Part shown: piece after piece, positions 12,596-23,650 of the stretch | Layout of the letters: each line of letters opens with the position of its first letter | Numbering within the stretch: position 1 is the stretch's first letter | Origin: Mobula hypostoma | Lineage: Eukaryota | Direction: 5' to 3' | DNA: 64,000 nucleotides | Assembly (NCBI RefSeq): GCF_963921235.1 | Contig: NC_086114.1 | Coordinates: 57,598,001-57,662,000 of the forward strand | Made by a program: the position numbers and the translations under genes | Notes under the pieces: model-generated | Seen by the model: only the letters and a program-made list of their open reading frames with translations | The model's database searches: none | Told to the model about the DNA's origin: nothing

Positions 12596-13894
12596 ATGGA
12601 GGTTGAGGAATTTATAAAGGCGCCGACCTTGGAGGCATTAGAGGATGCCAGGAAATCGGAATTGATAGCTGTGGCCAAACGGGTGAATCTTACTAAGGTG
12701 AAGTCGACAATGAGGAGAGAGGAGATACACAGAGCTATTGTAGAGCACTATGTATCTAAAGGTGTGTTTCCCCAAGGTGAGCTGGGGGTGGTGTCTATTG
12801 AAAAACCTGCTGGAGACGCGGTACAGGTACAGCTTGAAAAACTGAGACTCGAGCACGAGTTCCGGGTACGGCAGTTAGAAAGGCAGGAGAAAGAGAGAGA
12901 GGTAGAAAGGCAAGAGAGGGACAGACAGTTGGAGAGAGAAGAGAGAGAGAGGGACAGACAGTTGGAGAGAGAAGAGAGAGAGAGGGACAGACAGTTGGAG
13001 AGAGAGGAGAAACAGAGGGAAAGGGAATTTGAGCTGGAGAAGTTAAAGATAAGGGCCGAGCAGGGGCTCGTGCCGAACCAAGGTGGAGGGTTCCGGGCGA
13101 CCCAGGAGGTTAGGCTGGTTCCCCCATTTGACGATACCGATGTGGATCGGTACTTTCTCCATTTCGAAAAAGTGGCCATAAGTCAGGAATGGCCGAGGGA
13201 TAAGTGGGTTGTCTTACTTCAGAGTGTACTGAAAGGGAAGGCCCAACAAGCTTACTCCGCTTTATCCGCGGAAGATGCCCAGAAGTATGAGGTGGTGAAG
13301 GAGGCCATCCTCAGGATTTATGAGTTGGTCTCAGAGGCATACCGGCAGAGGTTCCGGAATGCGAGGAAGCGGTGGGACCGCACGTATTTGGAGTTTGCTC
13401 GTGAGATGCAAACATATTGTGAGCGTTGGTGCGCCTCGAAAGGGGTAGAGGGGGATTATGACAGACTGCTGCAACTGATTCTGATTGAGCAGTTTAAAGG
13501 TTGTGTCCCTGAGGGTATGAGACCCTACCTCGATGAGAAAGAGGCAGCCACGTTAGCCGCAACTGCTAAGTTAGCGGATGAGTATGCGTTGACGCATAAA
13601 ATGAAGGTTGCCCCGAGTAAAGGCTACCAGAAGGGTAGTCAGGACGGAGGGGAGAGTCCGCCGGAAAAGTCAGAAAGTAAGCCGGGGACTAGTGAAAAGG
13701 ATAAGGTAGACCGGGAGCAGTCCGGTAGGAAGTCTCCTGGGGTCGTCTGTTATAATTGTGGGAAAGTCGGACACTTTGCGTCCAGGTGCTTTGCCCCAAG
13801 GAAGGAGACGGGGAAAGGAAAAGCGGAAATTTTGAATGGCTGTATTGAGCTGTTAAGCGAACCGCTAGGGAAGGACAGGTCTGAAAAAGTCTAG
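12596..13894 (+). CDS. Gag (coiled-coil, SCAN-like capsid region, CCHC zinc knuckle), 432 aa
   Basis: VPPFDDTDVDRYFLHFEK, LKGKAQQAY, EQFK, LADEY and CYNCGKVGHFASRC motifs; intact ORF. Confidence 0.9.
   Translation: MEVEEFIKAPTLEALEDARKSELIAVAKRVNLTKVKSTMRREEIHRAIVEHYVSKGVFPQGELGVVSIEKPAGDAVQVQLEKLRLEHEFRVRQLERQEKEREVERQERDRQLEREERERDRQLEREERERDRQLEREEKQREREFELEKLKIRAEQGLVPNQGGGFRATQEVRLVPPFDDTDVDRYFLHFEKVAISQEWPRDKWVVLLQSVLKGKAQQAYSALSAEDAQKYEVVKEAILRIYELVSEAYRQRFRNARKRWDRTYLEFAREMQTYCERWCASKGVEGDYDRLLQLILIEQFKGCVPEGMRPYLDEKEAATLAATAKLADEYALTHKMKVAPSKGYQKGSQDGGESPPEKSESKPGTSEKDKVDREQSGRKSPGVVCYNCGKVGHFASRCFAPRKETGKGKAEILNGCIELLSEPLGKDRSEKV
12913..13010 (+). repeat. 33-bp tandem repeat x3 in gag (ERDRQLEREER)
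   Basis: GAGAGGGACAGACAGTTGGAGAGAGA recurs at 33-nt spacing. Confidence 0.85.
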
Positions 13895-15451
13895 GAAGGG
13901 CGCGAGAGGTTTATCTCGGCCGGACTGGTGTCAGTGAAGGAGAGGTTAAAACCAGTTCCAGTGCGGATCTGGAGAGACACGGGAGCGTGTCAGTCACTAA
14001 TACTGAAGAGTGTATTAGAGTTTAGCTCAGAGACCCAGACTGGGGAGGTAGAGGTCAAAGGTGTTGGGGAAGGGACAGAGTCAGTCCCTTTGCACCAGAT
14101 ACATTTACAGAGCAACCTGGTCTCTGGACTAGTCACGATCGGGGTGAGGTCCGAATTACCGATGAAAGACGTGGAAGTCTTGCTCGGTAATGACATCGCC
14201 GGAGGGATCGTGTTCCCAGTCGTGAGATTGACGGGTCAGCCTGCCAGCATGGAGGCCCCGCCCGCGATGGTGAATTTGGCTGAAACATTTCTGCCAACCT
14301 TGTATGAGACAGGGTGTAGTGAGATAAGAGGTAGTGAGGGAGCTGGGACGGACGTAGCAGTAGCCAGGAAAGAATTTGTGCAGACGCAGGAGCGAGACGA
14401 GGGGCTGATGGTTTTTGCCGAGACCGCTCTCTCTGACACAGCCTTGACAAGCTATTGTGCGGATGAGGAAGTGCTAAGGAAGAAAGGGAAATCAAGTACA
14501 GCATCCGCAGATGAGGAGTGGGGGGTGGTGCAAAAGAGTTATGGGGATGAGGTTTTTAACATGGCCCACGAGGTACCCCCCGGTGGACATTTTGCGGTGC
14601 TGGAGGAAACAGTTGGTGGAATCATGAAAGAGAGTTACCGGCTGCCCAGGGGGAAAAATGTTATTGATCATGACCGACGCGAACTGAGACGGTCACCGGC
14701 TTTTGATATGCTAACAAACCTAGTCGGTGTTAGCGTGGAAATCAATGAAGCTAGGGGCCCCTTGCTAAGAGGAAAAAACCATTTTGAAAAGATTAGGATG
14801 GGATCGGTCAGATGGGAGAAGGCTATTGTTTTGGCCAGGTCTACTGATAAGGTCTCTCCCTTAATCCCCGAAGGAGTAATTAAACGACTCGCACCCATGT
14901 GTTTGATTGTCCCGAGGAAATGCAAAGAACTGGGACGTTGGGTGATTGTGGTTACAATAGGGCGGCCAAGTAAACAACACCCATATTTTTTGAGTAATTC
15001 AGTGACTAAAGGGCTGATGAACACAGAGGTGTGTATTGGCAATTTAACACGGCTGTCTGAAGCCAGCTTGATAGTGAACCTTGGAAAAAATGAATTCGGC
15101 CACACGAATGTCACTTACCTGGGAATTGTGGTGACACAGGGGCAGCTGGCAGTGATGCAAGCTACAGTGCAGGCTATCGCTGACCTCCCAACCCCGACAG
15201 ACAAGAGGGCCCTCAGAAGGCTTTTGGAGATGGTGGGGTACTGCAGGAAGTTTTGCAATAACTCTGCGGTCAATACCCGTCCCCCTCCTACTAAGCCCTT
15301 GCGAGGGAAAATTGAGTCGGAATGGGACGACCCTTGTTGTTGTGGTCCGGGACAAAACCAAATGAGAGGTTACATTGGTCGCAATTCATCAGTGTTTTTG
15401 GCCACTATGAAGTTTGCTGAGTTGGAGCCTGGTCTAAGGGATTATTATTAA
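13895..15451 (+). CDS. In-frame continuation after TAG: aspartic protease plus vestigial integrase/RT
   Basis: RDTGA...LLGND protease; AHEVPPGGHF integrase zinc-finger remnant; RT thumb remnant EFGHTNVTYLG...LRRLLEMVGYCRKF; no YxDD, no DDE core, no RNase H. Confidence 0.75.
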   Translation, partial: EGRERFISAGLVSVKERLKPVPVRIWRDTGACQSLILKSVLEFSSETQTGEVEVKGVGEGTESVPLHQIHLQSNLVSGLVTIGVRSELPMKDVEVLLGNDIAGGIVFPVVRLTGQPASMEAPPAMVNLAETFLPTLYETGCSEIRGSEGAGTDVAVARKEFVQTQERDEGLMVFAETALSDTALTSYCADEEVLRKKGKSSTASADEEWGVVQKSYGDEVFNMAHEVPPGGHFAVLEETVGGIMKESYRLPRGKNVIDHDRRELRRSPAFDMLTNLVGVSVEINEARGPLLRGKNHFEKIRMGSVRWEKAIVLARSTDKVSPLIPEGVIKRLAPMCLIVPRKCKELGRWVIVVTIGRPSKQHPYFLSNSVTKGLMNTEVCIGNLTRLSEASLIVNLGKNEFGHTNVTYLGIVVTQGQLAVMQATVQAIADLPTPTDKRALRRLLEMVGYCRKFCNNSAVNTRPPPTKPLRGKIESEWDDPCCCGPGQNQMRGYIGRNSSVFLATMKFAELEPGLRDYY

Positions 15452-18400
15452 CACGTGTAAAAGGAACAGAAAATGTGATGACTGTCTGTCAAGGTGTTGA
15501 CAGCTTCAAATTCTCTGTATTAGCTAAATAACTGTTAAAGATGTATATTGTGTATGTATCAGATAATGTAGTCATGTTTGTAATTTTTACCTCCCGGTAA
15601 AAATCCTTAAAGGGGGGAAGTGTTACGAGAATACACATAAAATTAAGATGTTTGCTGGCCTGGGCTAGCATCAGTGGCATCAGCAGTTGGTCTGCCACCT
15701 GCCCTCAGGGGAAGGAGAGATAAGGAACAATGGAGCAGCGTCTGGAGATGTGTAATGAAGGGATGTGGGAGGAAGAGCTGTCTGGAGCGGCTCCCCCCTT
15801 TGAACCTTGAACTTTTTGAAGTGATGGACAGGCGATACCCCAGCAGGGGGATAAAAAGGGACAGGTTCGCTAAGACAGACACACACGCCACCCGAGGTAA
15901 CGAGACCCTGGAAGCGGTGCGCTTCTCACGAGTGGGTGAGAAGTACCGGACAACGACAAGGGTGGAAAGGTACGATCAGCGGGAACCCGGTGTGTGTCCG
16001 CCCTTGCCTGGGTGCCGGGTTCACTGCAGAGGATCGACCGCATCTGGAGGAGGGGTCACAGTCGGTGACCTCAGGTGACATCACCAAGGACCCGCCCAAA
16101 AAGCTGTTTGTGAGCCATCCCGCTGGTCTGTGAGTGAAGCAGTGTTCTGAATGATCAGTTGTTCCTATTCTGTCTCTCTTCCCCCACCTTGTCCATCGCC
16201 ATGGCAACGATTACTGCGAACTGAACTACAAACTGGACTGAACTTTGAGTCATTTTGAAATTGGTCATTTACCCCTAGACAACGATAGAGCTTGATTGAT
16301 GCTGTTATCTTAATTCTGTGCACATGTGTGGTTATCATTGTTGAATTGTTGCATTTATTATCCTTTCGATTACTGTGTTGCTTGTTTCTTTAATAAAACT
16401 TTCTTAGTTCTAGTACTCCAGACTCCAACTGAGTGATCCATTTCTGCTGGTTTGGCAACCCAGTTACGGGGTACGTAACAACAGTAACAGAAATTTTGAC
16501 CGGGGTGCCCAAACTTTTGCATGCCACTGTGTATATGTGCAAAAGGAGAGCAAGAAAAGAAAAAAAAAGTGAAGTAGTGTACATGGGTTCATTGTCCAGT
16601 CAGAAATCTGATAGCAGAGGGAAAGAAGCTGTTCCTGAAATGTGTGTGTGTCTTCAGGCTCCTGGTAGCAATGAGAAGAGGGCATGTCCTGGGTGAGGGG
16701 AGAATTTAATGATGGATGCAGCTTTTTTCAGGCATTGTCTTTTGAAGATTCCTCAATGCTGGGGAGGCTACTGCCCATGGTGGAAATGGCTGAGTTTACA
16801 CATTCCTGCAAACTTTTCAGATGCGGTGCTGTGGCCCCTCCATACCAGACAGTGTTACAACCAGTTAGAATACTCTCCAGAGTACATCTGTAGAAATTTG
16901 TGAGTCTTTGGTGACATACCAAGTCTCCTCAAACTCCTAATGAAATATAACCATTGTCAGCAAATTATAGTGGGTCCGGGTCCTTACTTAGGCAGCAGTC
17001 ATCACCTATCTCTCAAAACACTTCATCACCGTAGATGTGAGTGCAACTGGGTGATAGCCATTAAGGCAGCTCACCCTGCTCTTCTTGGGCACTGGTATGA
17101 CTGTCACCCTTTTGAAGCAGGTGGGAACCTCCGACTGCAGCAGTGAGAAATTGAAGATGTCTTTGAACTCTCCCGCCAGTTGGTTGGCACAGGTTTTCAG
17201 AGCCCTAGCAGGTATGCTACTGGGGCCTGACGCCTTGTGAGGGTTTACCCTCTTGAAAGATGTTCTGACATCAGCCCTTGAGACAGATCACAAGTCACCA
17301 GATGCTGCAGGGATTCACACTGTATTTCAAAGCTTGCATAAAAGATGTTGAGTTCATCTGGAAGTGAAGCATCACAGCCATTCACAGTGTTAGGCTTTTT
17401 GCAATTCCTCGGTTTAGTCTCAAACCTTTGCTGTTTCTACCTGGCTCTCCTAATTTCTTGTTATCAAGAATTTCACAGGTTCCCTTTTTAAAGTGTCTCT
17501 AGAATTGCCTTTTGCCACTTTTTTAAACAATGTTCTAGGTTAATTTTAAATAATAAATCTATGAAGGGATTGTTGATCACTAGAATAGTTCTTTTGCCAA
17601 TTACTTGAATTGTCCAGTCAATGACTCCATTTGATTTCCTTTTCAATTTATTTCTAATTACCTGCTGCATCATTAATAAACTGAAACATAATCAATTTAG
17701 CATTGAGTTCCTGATGATAGTGACTGTAGAATTAACAATGTTTTACCTAATGAATATAAAACCACTTTGGTCTGTAATAGCTTGCTCATTCCTAGTCAGG
17801 CCACAAAGCATAAAATGTTGAGCATCACTGTTCATACTTTGAACAGCACAATCTAGTTCAGAGCTCTCAGTTATCTTGCAACCAAGAAAAATTTGCAGAA
17901 AGAAGCAGTTGAGTGGTGTCGCAACACAATCTTGCACTCAATATCAGTAAAACTATGGAATTGATGGTGAACTTCAAGAAGGTGAAGTCGAGAGAACGAT
18001 GTTTCAGTTCTGATGAAAGGTCTCAACCTGCTGAGTTCCTCCAGCATTTTGTACGAGTTGCTTTTATAATTATAGTTACGAGGCATTTGGACAGGTACTT
18101 GGAAATAAAAGGCACTGGTAGATTAATTACTACACACAGGCATCAGCATGAGCATGGATAAGGTAGACAGAAAAGCCTTTTTCTGTGATATACAAAGTCC
18201 ATGTTCTTTATTCTGCAGTTTAAATTCCCTTTCTATTAAGGTTAGCCTATTGCTTGCCCTTCTAATTGTTTTGATGCGTATTTCTACTGCTTTCAAAGAC
18301 TGGATTTTAGAAGCTTGTATTTAACACTTAAAGCCAAACAGTGGCATTCACCCATTTTGTCAAGCACCTCATCAACAGCTTAGCAAGTTTCACCACACAG

Positions 18401-18589
18401 GTCAGGCAAATTGCAGTTAGCTCCCAAGAATGATCAAGAATCATAATTTGAAAGTTGAAAAGACGCAGAAGCTATGCTTTTTGGGGATAACATGATAGTT
18501 GGAAGCTATCAGAGCTTTATCACTTCAGAGACAAGTTGAACCAAAACAAATCCATTATATCTGATTTTATACGATATTAATAATACCTA

Positions 18590-19293
18590 TGTAGCGCCCC
18601 CCCCCACCCCCCGGCCAAGCCTCAGGGTCGCTTGGCTCGCTGTCGTCTAGGGAAACAGCCCTCGGCCCCGCCAGACTGGGTAATCAGTTTATGTGGATGC
18701 TGTGTGATGTACCCCACCCTGCCCAAATAACAGACAATACACCAGATACGATTAAATGATTTACAGTTTGTAGATATTACTGGAACTATATAATTAATAG
18801 AAAATAAAATATAAAAGGAAAATAAAAGGCGCCACACTTATCAAAGTTCAATCTCTTCGTGCACAAACAGTTGGAGCTCAGGACCCTTCTTCTTCACCCT
18901 GCGACCCCTCGGACCACCTCGACTGGCTGCCTGGGACCAACAACGGTGGTTGACCAGATGCTCCACATGAGTCTGTCTCCTCTCCTCGCCGAACGCCCCG
19001 CTTGCAGTCCAACTCCGTTAGCAGACTCACAGCACCTGGTCCATCCTCTGTCTCTCTCTCCCGCCTTCTGCCCCAAAATCCCACACATACAATATCTTCA
19101 GACACACCAAAAGCATAACAACTATCCCAATTTGTTTGTAACACCTTTCTTATCAGTAACGTGATCCAAACAAACTGCTAGCGGGAGGACTTTCTTAGCA
19201 GTTAACATAACAAAGAAGCCCTTTCAATTATAACATAACAAAGAAAGCCATTTTAATTATACTACACAGTGACATTAAAAAAAAACCCTTACA
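18590..19293. mobile_element. Probable solo LTR (~704 bp)
   Basis: TGTA...TACA termini; flanks CCTA/CGTA (4-bp TSD with 1 mismatch); GC-rich island in AT-rich DNA; no coding capacity. Confidence 0.55.
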
Positions 19294-19997
19294 CGTAGTT
19301 CTACCGAAAGGTCATTACCAAACTGATAACGCTGTATGCCTCTCTCATAAACCCGTCCAGTCTTCTGATTATAATCAGAATTTTCAGTAAGCCATGATTT
19401 GCAGTTGCATTGTGGAATATGATCTCTGTAGCACTCTTCAGGAAGCATTTAAATAGCTTAAGATTGCATCTTTTGTGAATGTATTGCTCACTGTGGGATT
19501 AGTATTTTGGAATACAACACCAGAGACAATAGCTACAAATCACTGTTCACTTGGTCACAAATATGTATGAATAAATAGTTTATTTCAGTTGAATTAATAA
19601 ACTGTGCTTACATAAGTATAGTGTATTACAGTAGTCAGTGCTTTGAAGAAGGCACATTTAACAGTGCACAAGTTCGTTTAGAAGGCATAAAAATGGACCA
19701 GCAGGCATATCTGTCTGCTGGAATTGAGGTGGTAAAACCCAGTTCAATTCAGCACGTTATACATCTTTACTGGTTAAAGGATTTTGTTTTCACAACTTCG
19801 GGTGGCATATATTCCACCTGTATAGAAGCATACAGAAAACAACCTGTAGTAGAAGGATCAGGCCCTTCCTTTACTTTCAGTAACGACTTCATTATAAAGA
19901 AATGATTTAGGTGATGTGTCAGTATAAATCTGTGGCCTCTGTTTCAGTATTGCTCAAGTTTCTGGAAGTAACTGCTGTTATTGCCATAGGTGTTTGC

Positions 19998-20083
19998 TTA
20001 ATTCATTTTCCTTAACGTCCTTTTGGTTTTTGTAATGACATCAGCAGCCTTACTGTGGAGCTTTCTGCATTCATTCAAAAGTT
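19998..20083 (-). CDS. LRRC61: LRRC61 last coding exon (ELLNECRKLHSKAADVITKTKRTLRKMN*)
   Basis: TACTTAG acceptor; ends TAA; the nine exons sum to 756 nt = 251 aa + stop; candidate AATAAA on minus strand at 19579-19584. Confidence 0.88.
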
Positions 20084-20219
20084 CTAAGTATTAAAAAAAG
20101 AGTAGCAATAAGAATCATTCATATTCAAAATAAATAGTTTGAAAAAATAATTTCTACTTAAATCTTAATCAATTGTTCCAAGTTCAAGTTCAAATTGCTG
20201 TAGTCAAGGGAACTCTTAC

Positions 20220-20342
20220 CATAAAGCTGTTCTGTAGCTTCAGCAGTCTGTGTTTGCTGCACTGGCTGAAGTTCCCAGTAATTGTCCTCAACCCATTTTT
20301 TAGGGCCAAGTGGTACATTAAGAGGAGCATTGCTGTCAATTA
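20220..20342 (-). CDS. LRRC61: LRRC61 coding exon 8 (VIDSNAPLNVPLGPKKWVEDNYWELQPVQQTQTAEATEQLY)
   Basis: poly-T CCAG acceptor, GTAAGA donor, 123 nt; WVEDNYWE matches human WVEPGYWE. Confidence 0.9.
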
Positions 20343-21264
20343 CTGGAAAAAAAAGAACAAGAATTTATATGAACAGTTTTCACAGTCTAAAGATATCCCA
20401 AAAAAGAATTACTGCCAATAAAAATGGCTTATCTGTTTTAATGTCTTAAGCATTACAGACAATTTTCACAACTTAACTTCGCTGAAACTCCCCTGCTCAT
20501 TTTAAAATTACACTGCAGCATCCTTGCCTCTCATTTGAGAAAACAGATAGGGGTCATTTAATAATTCTGAAGATGGTACTCCTGACAATACAGTGCTTGT
20601 TCAGGACAGTACTGTACAGGTTTTCAGGTTATAAAAATCTGAAGCCATGGCCTCTTACAGCAGGCAACAGCACTTATTTTCTGAGTCAGAGAAAGCTGCA
20701 CAAGAAAACACCTGTATGAATTTTTTTTTGCTTTGTTAATATGCTGACAATAAACTACATAGCATACCACAGGAATACAATAACAATGGAACTTACATCT
20801 CTATGTGTCATGTTAAAATATGACATTTCCATTTTAACTAATTACATTAGTCTTTTTAATTGATCAACTCCTGAGGTTAGAAACATTAAACAGGCCCCTT
20901 GGCTCACTATGTCTGCACCAACTATGATGCCAAATTGGCCCAGTTCTATCTGTCTTTACGTCCCTGCCTGCATATGTGTTTGTATAAATGGCTTATAAAC
21001 ATTGTTATTGTATCTTCTCTGGCAGTGAGTTTCAGACTATGTGACAGAACATACTTTGCAAATTAATTTCAATTTTCCCCTCTTTATGCTCCATTATCTA
21101 CTATATCTATGCCTTTCATAATTTTATACTGTATACCGTGGATTTCAGTTAATTAGGCCATTGGTTAATTGGGGCAGCTACTTATTTGAGACAACTCTTA
21201 AAGAACAAAAACTGATCGAGCAAATAGCTGGGATTCCCTTTGTTTATTTGGGACACTATGCCAC

Positions 21265-22117
21265 TGTCATAAGGGCGGTGGCTGGGAACAGACCCAAGTA
21301 CAAGACACAGACACTGAAGTACTAGGGACAGGGCAATGGCAAGGACATGGATAGGAAAACTAGGAACCTGGAACAGGACTGAACAAGGGAGCTAGGAGCC
21401 TGGGCTTGGACTCCGAGCCAGAGACTGGACAAGGACCTAGTACCTGCGTCTTGCCTCTGGCTCGGGCCCCAGAACTAGGCAAGGACGAGGCAGAAATCTA
21501 CAGGCTTGAAGTTCGAGGCTAGGCAAGAGACAAGGCGAGGTTGGCAAGAGGCTGGAGACTCGAGGCGAGGCTTGGCAGGCTCCTCCTGGGCAGGGCACGG
21601 ATTACCACCCGACAGAGGTGAGGGACAGGAAGGGACAGAACCAAACCCAGGTAATGGCAAGACGGCCTGGCTTACCTGGGCAGAGGCAAGGGACAGGAAA
21701 GGAGCTAGGTACAGGGTGGCTCCACGACCAGACAGCAAGACAAGGCAAGGCCACTGGCAAAGCAAGGCAAGACGAGAACTTCAGATGAGGCGAGAGTTAC
21801 TAGCAACACAAGGCAGGGCTTCAGGCAAAGCAAGGCGAGACAGAACTTGAGGCGAGGCGAGAGTTACTGGCAAGACAAAGCAGGGCTTCAGGCGAGGAAA
21901 CAGAAGGCAGAGGAAGGGATACAAGGAGTAAGGACAAGAACAATCCAGCAGCCACGCCCTGGTGTCTAAAGGTATTTATGCAGTCAACCCCAATTAGCAT
22001 CAGCTGCCTCAATTAGCTCAACAAGGACAGAAACAGGGTAGAAAGGAAAACCTGGAGCAAGGGTCGATGGACCGGACTGTGAACCAGAATATGGATTTCA
22101 TGGACCGGACTATGACA
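21265..22117. mobile_element. Solo LTR (~853 bp) with internal GGCAAG/GGCGAG repeats, inserted into a Tigger-like MITE starting ~21133
   Basis: Perfect 7-bp terminal inverted repeat TGTCATA...TATGACA; flanks GCCAC/GCCAT (5-bp TSD with 1 mismatch). Confidence 0.7.
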
Positions 22118-22179
22118 GCCATTTAATTGAGACAGGTCACTATTGTCAAACAGTTTTTAAATAGCATCAGAATTTAATG

Positions 22180-23650
22180 GGTACTTTGCATCAGCTTTCA
22201 CTGTAGGAAAACACTAGCAGTGTGCCAGAGGTCCGTGAGTGTCAGGGCGAGGAGTGAGTGCCATTGCTATTACAAAGGAAAAGTGCTCAGCAAACTCAAA
22301 GGTTTTAAGGTGGATAAGTCACCTGGACCAGATGGACTACATCCCAGAGTCCTGAGAGAGGTTACAGAAGAGATAATGAATGCAATGGTCATGATTTTTC
22401 AAGGAGCACTTAATTCCAGGAAGCAACTAAGCAGGGTGGACAGAGAAAGCACAAAGGATGTCATTTACTTGGATTTCAGAAGGCATTTGATGAGTCGCCA
22501 CACATAAGGCTGCTTAACAAGATAAAATCCTATGGTTTTACAGAAGAGATACTAGCATGGATAGAGGAATAGCTGACAGGCAGGAGGCAGCGAGTGGGAA
22601 TAAAGGGGACCTTTTCAGGTTGGCCTCCAATGACTAGGGGTCAGTATTAGGACCGCTACTTTACGGATTGTTTGTCAATGATTTGGATAATGGAATTGAT
22701 GGCTTTGTGGCAAATTTTGCAGATGATATGAAGATAGGTGGAGGAGTAGGTAGTACTGAGGAAGCAATGTGATTGCAGCAGGACTTAAACAAACTGGAAG
22801 AATGGGCAAAAAAGTGACAGATGGAATACAGTGTTGGGAAACGTATGATAATGAATTTTGGTAGAAGAAACAATAGTGCAGACTATTATCTAACTAGGGA
22901 GAAGGTTCAAACATCAGAGGTGCAGAGGGACTTAGCAGTCCTTGTGCAAGACTCCCAGAAGGTTAATTTACAGGTTGAGTTTGTGGTAAAAAAAAAGGCA
23001 AATGCAATGTTGACATTTATTTCAATGGGAATAGAATATAAAAGCACGGAGATAATGCTGACGCTTTATAAGACACTAGTCAGACTGCACTTGGAGTATT
23101 GTTGACAGTTTGGGGCTCCATATCTCAGAAAGAATGTGTTGTCATTGGAGACAGTCCAGAGGAGGTTCACCAGGATGATTCCGGGAATGAAGGGGTTAAC
23201 ATATGAGGAGTGTTGGGCAGTTTTGGGCCTGTACTCACTGGAATTTAGAAGAATGTGGGGGAATCTCATTGAAACCTACTGAATGTTGAAAGGACTAGAT
23301 AAGGTGGATGTGGAGAGGATGTTTCCTGTGGCGGGGGTATCCAGAACTAGAGGGCAAAGCTCAAAATTGGGGGCGGGGGGGAGGGTGAACTTTTAGAACA
23401 GAAGTAAAGAAGAATTTTTTTTTAGCTAGAGAGTGGTGAATCTGTGGAATGCTCTGTTACAGATTGCGGTGGAGGTCAAGTCCATGGGTATATTTAGGGT
23501 GGAAGTTGATCATCGGTCAGGGCATCAAAGGATATGGCCAGAAGGCAGGTGTATGGGGTTGAATGGGATCTGGAATCAGCCATGATGGAATGGTGGAGCA
23601 GACTCGATGGGCTGAATGGCCTAATTTTGCTCCTATTTCTTATGGTCTAA
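22180..23650 (+). mobile_element. CR1 LINE, 5'-truncated and internally deleted
   Basis: KSPGPDGLHPRVLRE, DVIYLDF, KFADD and LYKTLVRLHLEYC motifs; TCCTATTTCTTATGGTCT tail. Confidence 0.88.

Larger units (their letters stand above)
11638..16480 (+). mobile_element. Young non-autonomous Gmr1-like Ty3/gypsy LTR retrotransposon
   Basis: LTRs 11638-12496 and 15621-16480 (TGTTACG...CGTAACA), about 3 substitutions plus 1 indel by eye; 4-bp TSD ACAG; degenerate tRNA-Pro-type PBS ~12501-12519; PPT AAGGGGGGAAG 15610-15620. Confidence 0.95.
10094..16529 (-). mobile_element. Tc1-family (IR/DR type) DNA transposon with frameshifted transposase; right TIR interrupted by an LTR retrotransposon
   Basis: Termini CAGTGGCATGCAAAAGTTTGGGCACCCC and GGGGTGCCCAAACTTTTGCATGCCACTG; inner direct repeats ~10283-10300 and ~11475-11493; HTH/GRPRK (10861-11328) and WTDEVKIELFG (10644-10979) pieces; TA left, TG right. 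Confidence 0.92.
9993..17390 (-). mobile_element. Degraded Rex1/Babar-L2-type LINE 3' part (9993-10093 plus 16530-~17390), split by the Tc1 element
   Basis: CAGAATCAG tail complement at left; NFYRCTLESILTGC..VWYG remnant at 16728-16922. Confidence 0.65.

Noticed and set aside
12748-13179. Antisense Ser/Leu repeat ORF
   Set aside because: Reverse complement of the gag GA-rich tandem repeat
13928-15451. Possible env or novel accessory gene in the young LTR element
   Set aside because: Segments align collinearly with protease, integrase and RT of the second element; no signal peptide or transmembrane anchor evident
11660-16207. Identical ORF pairs (134 aa, 82 aa, 68 aa) at ~11.7 kb and ~15.7 kb
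   Set aside because: They are duplicated only because they lie in the two LTRs; no recognisable domain
21300-21930. CRISPR-like or coding repeat array
   Set aside because: Irregular degenerate repeats without constant repeat/spacer lengths, inside an LTR-like unit in eukaryotic DNA
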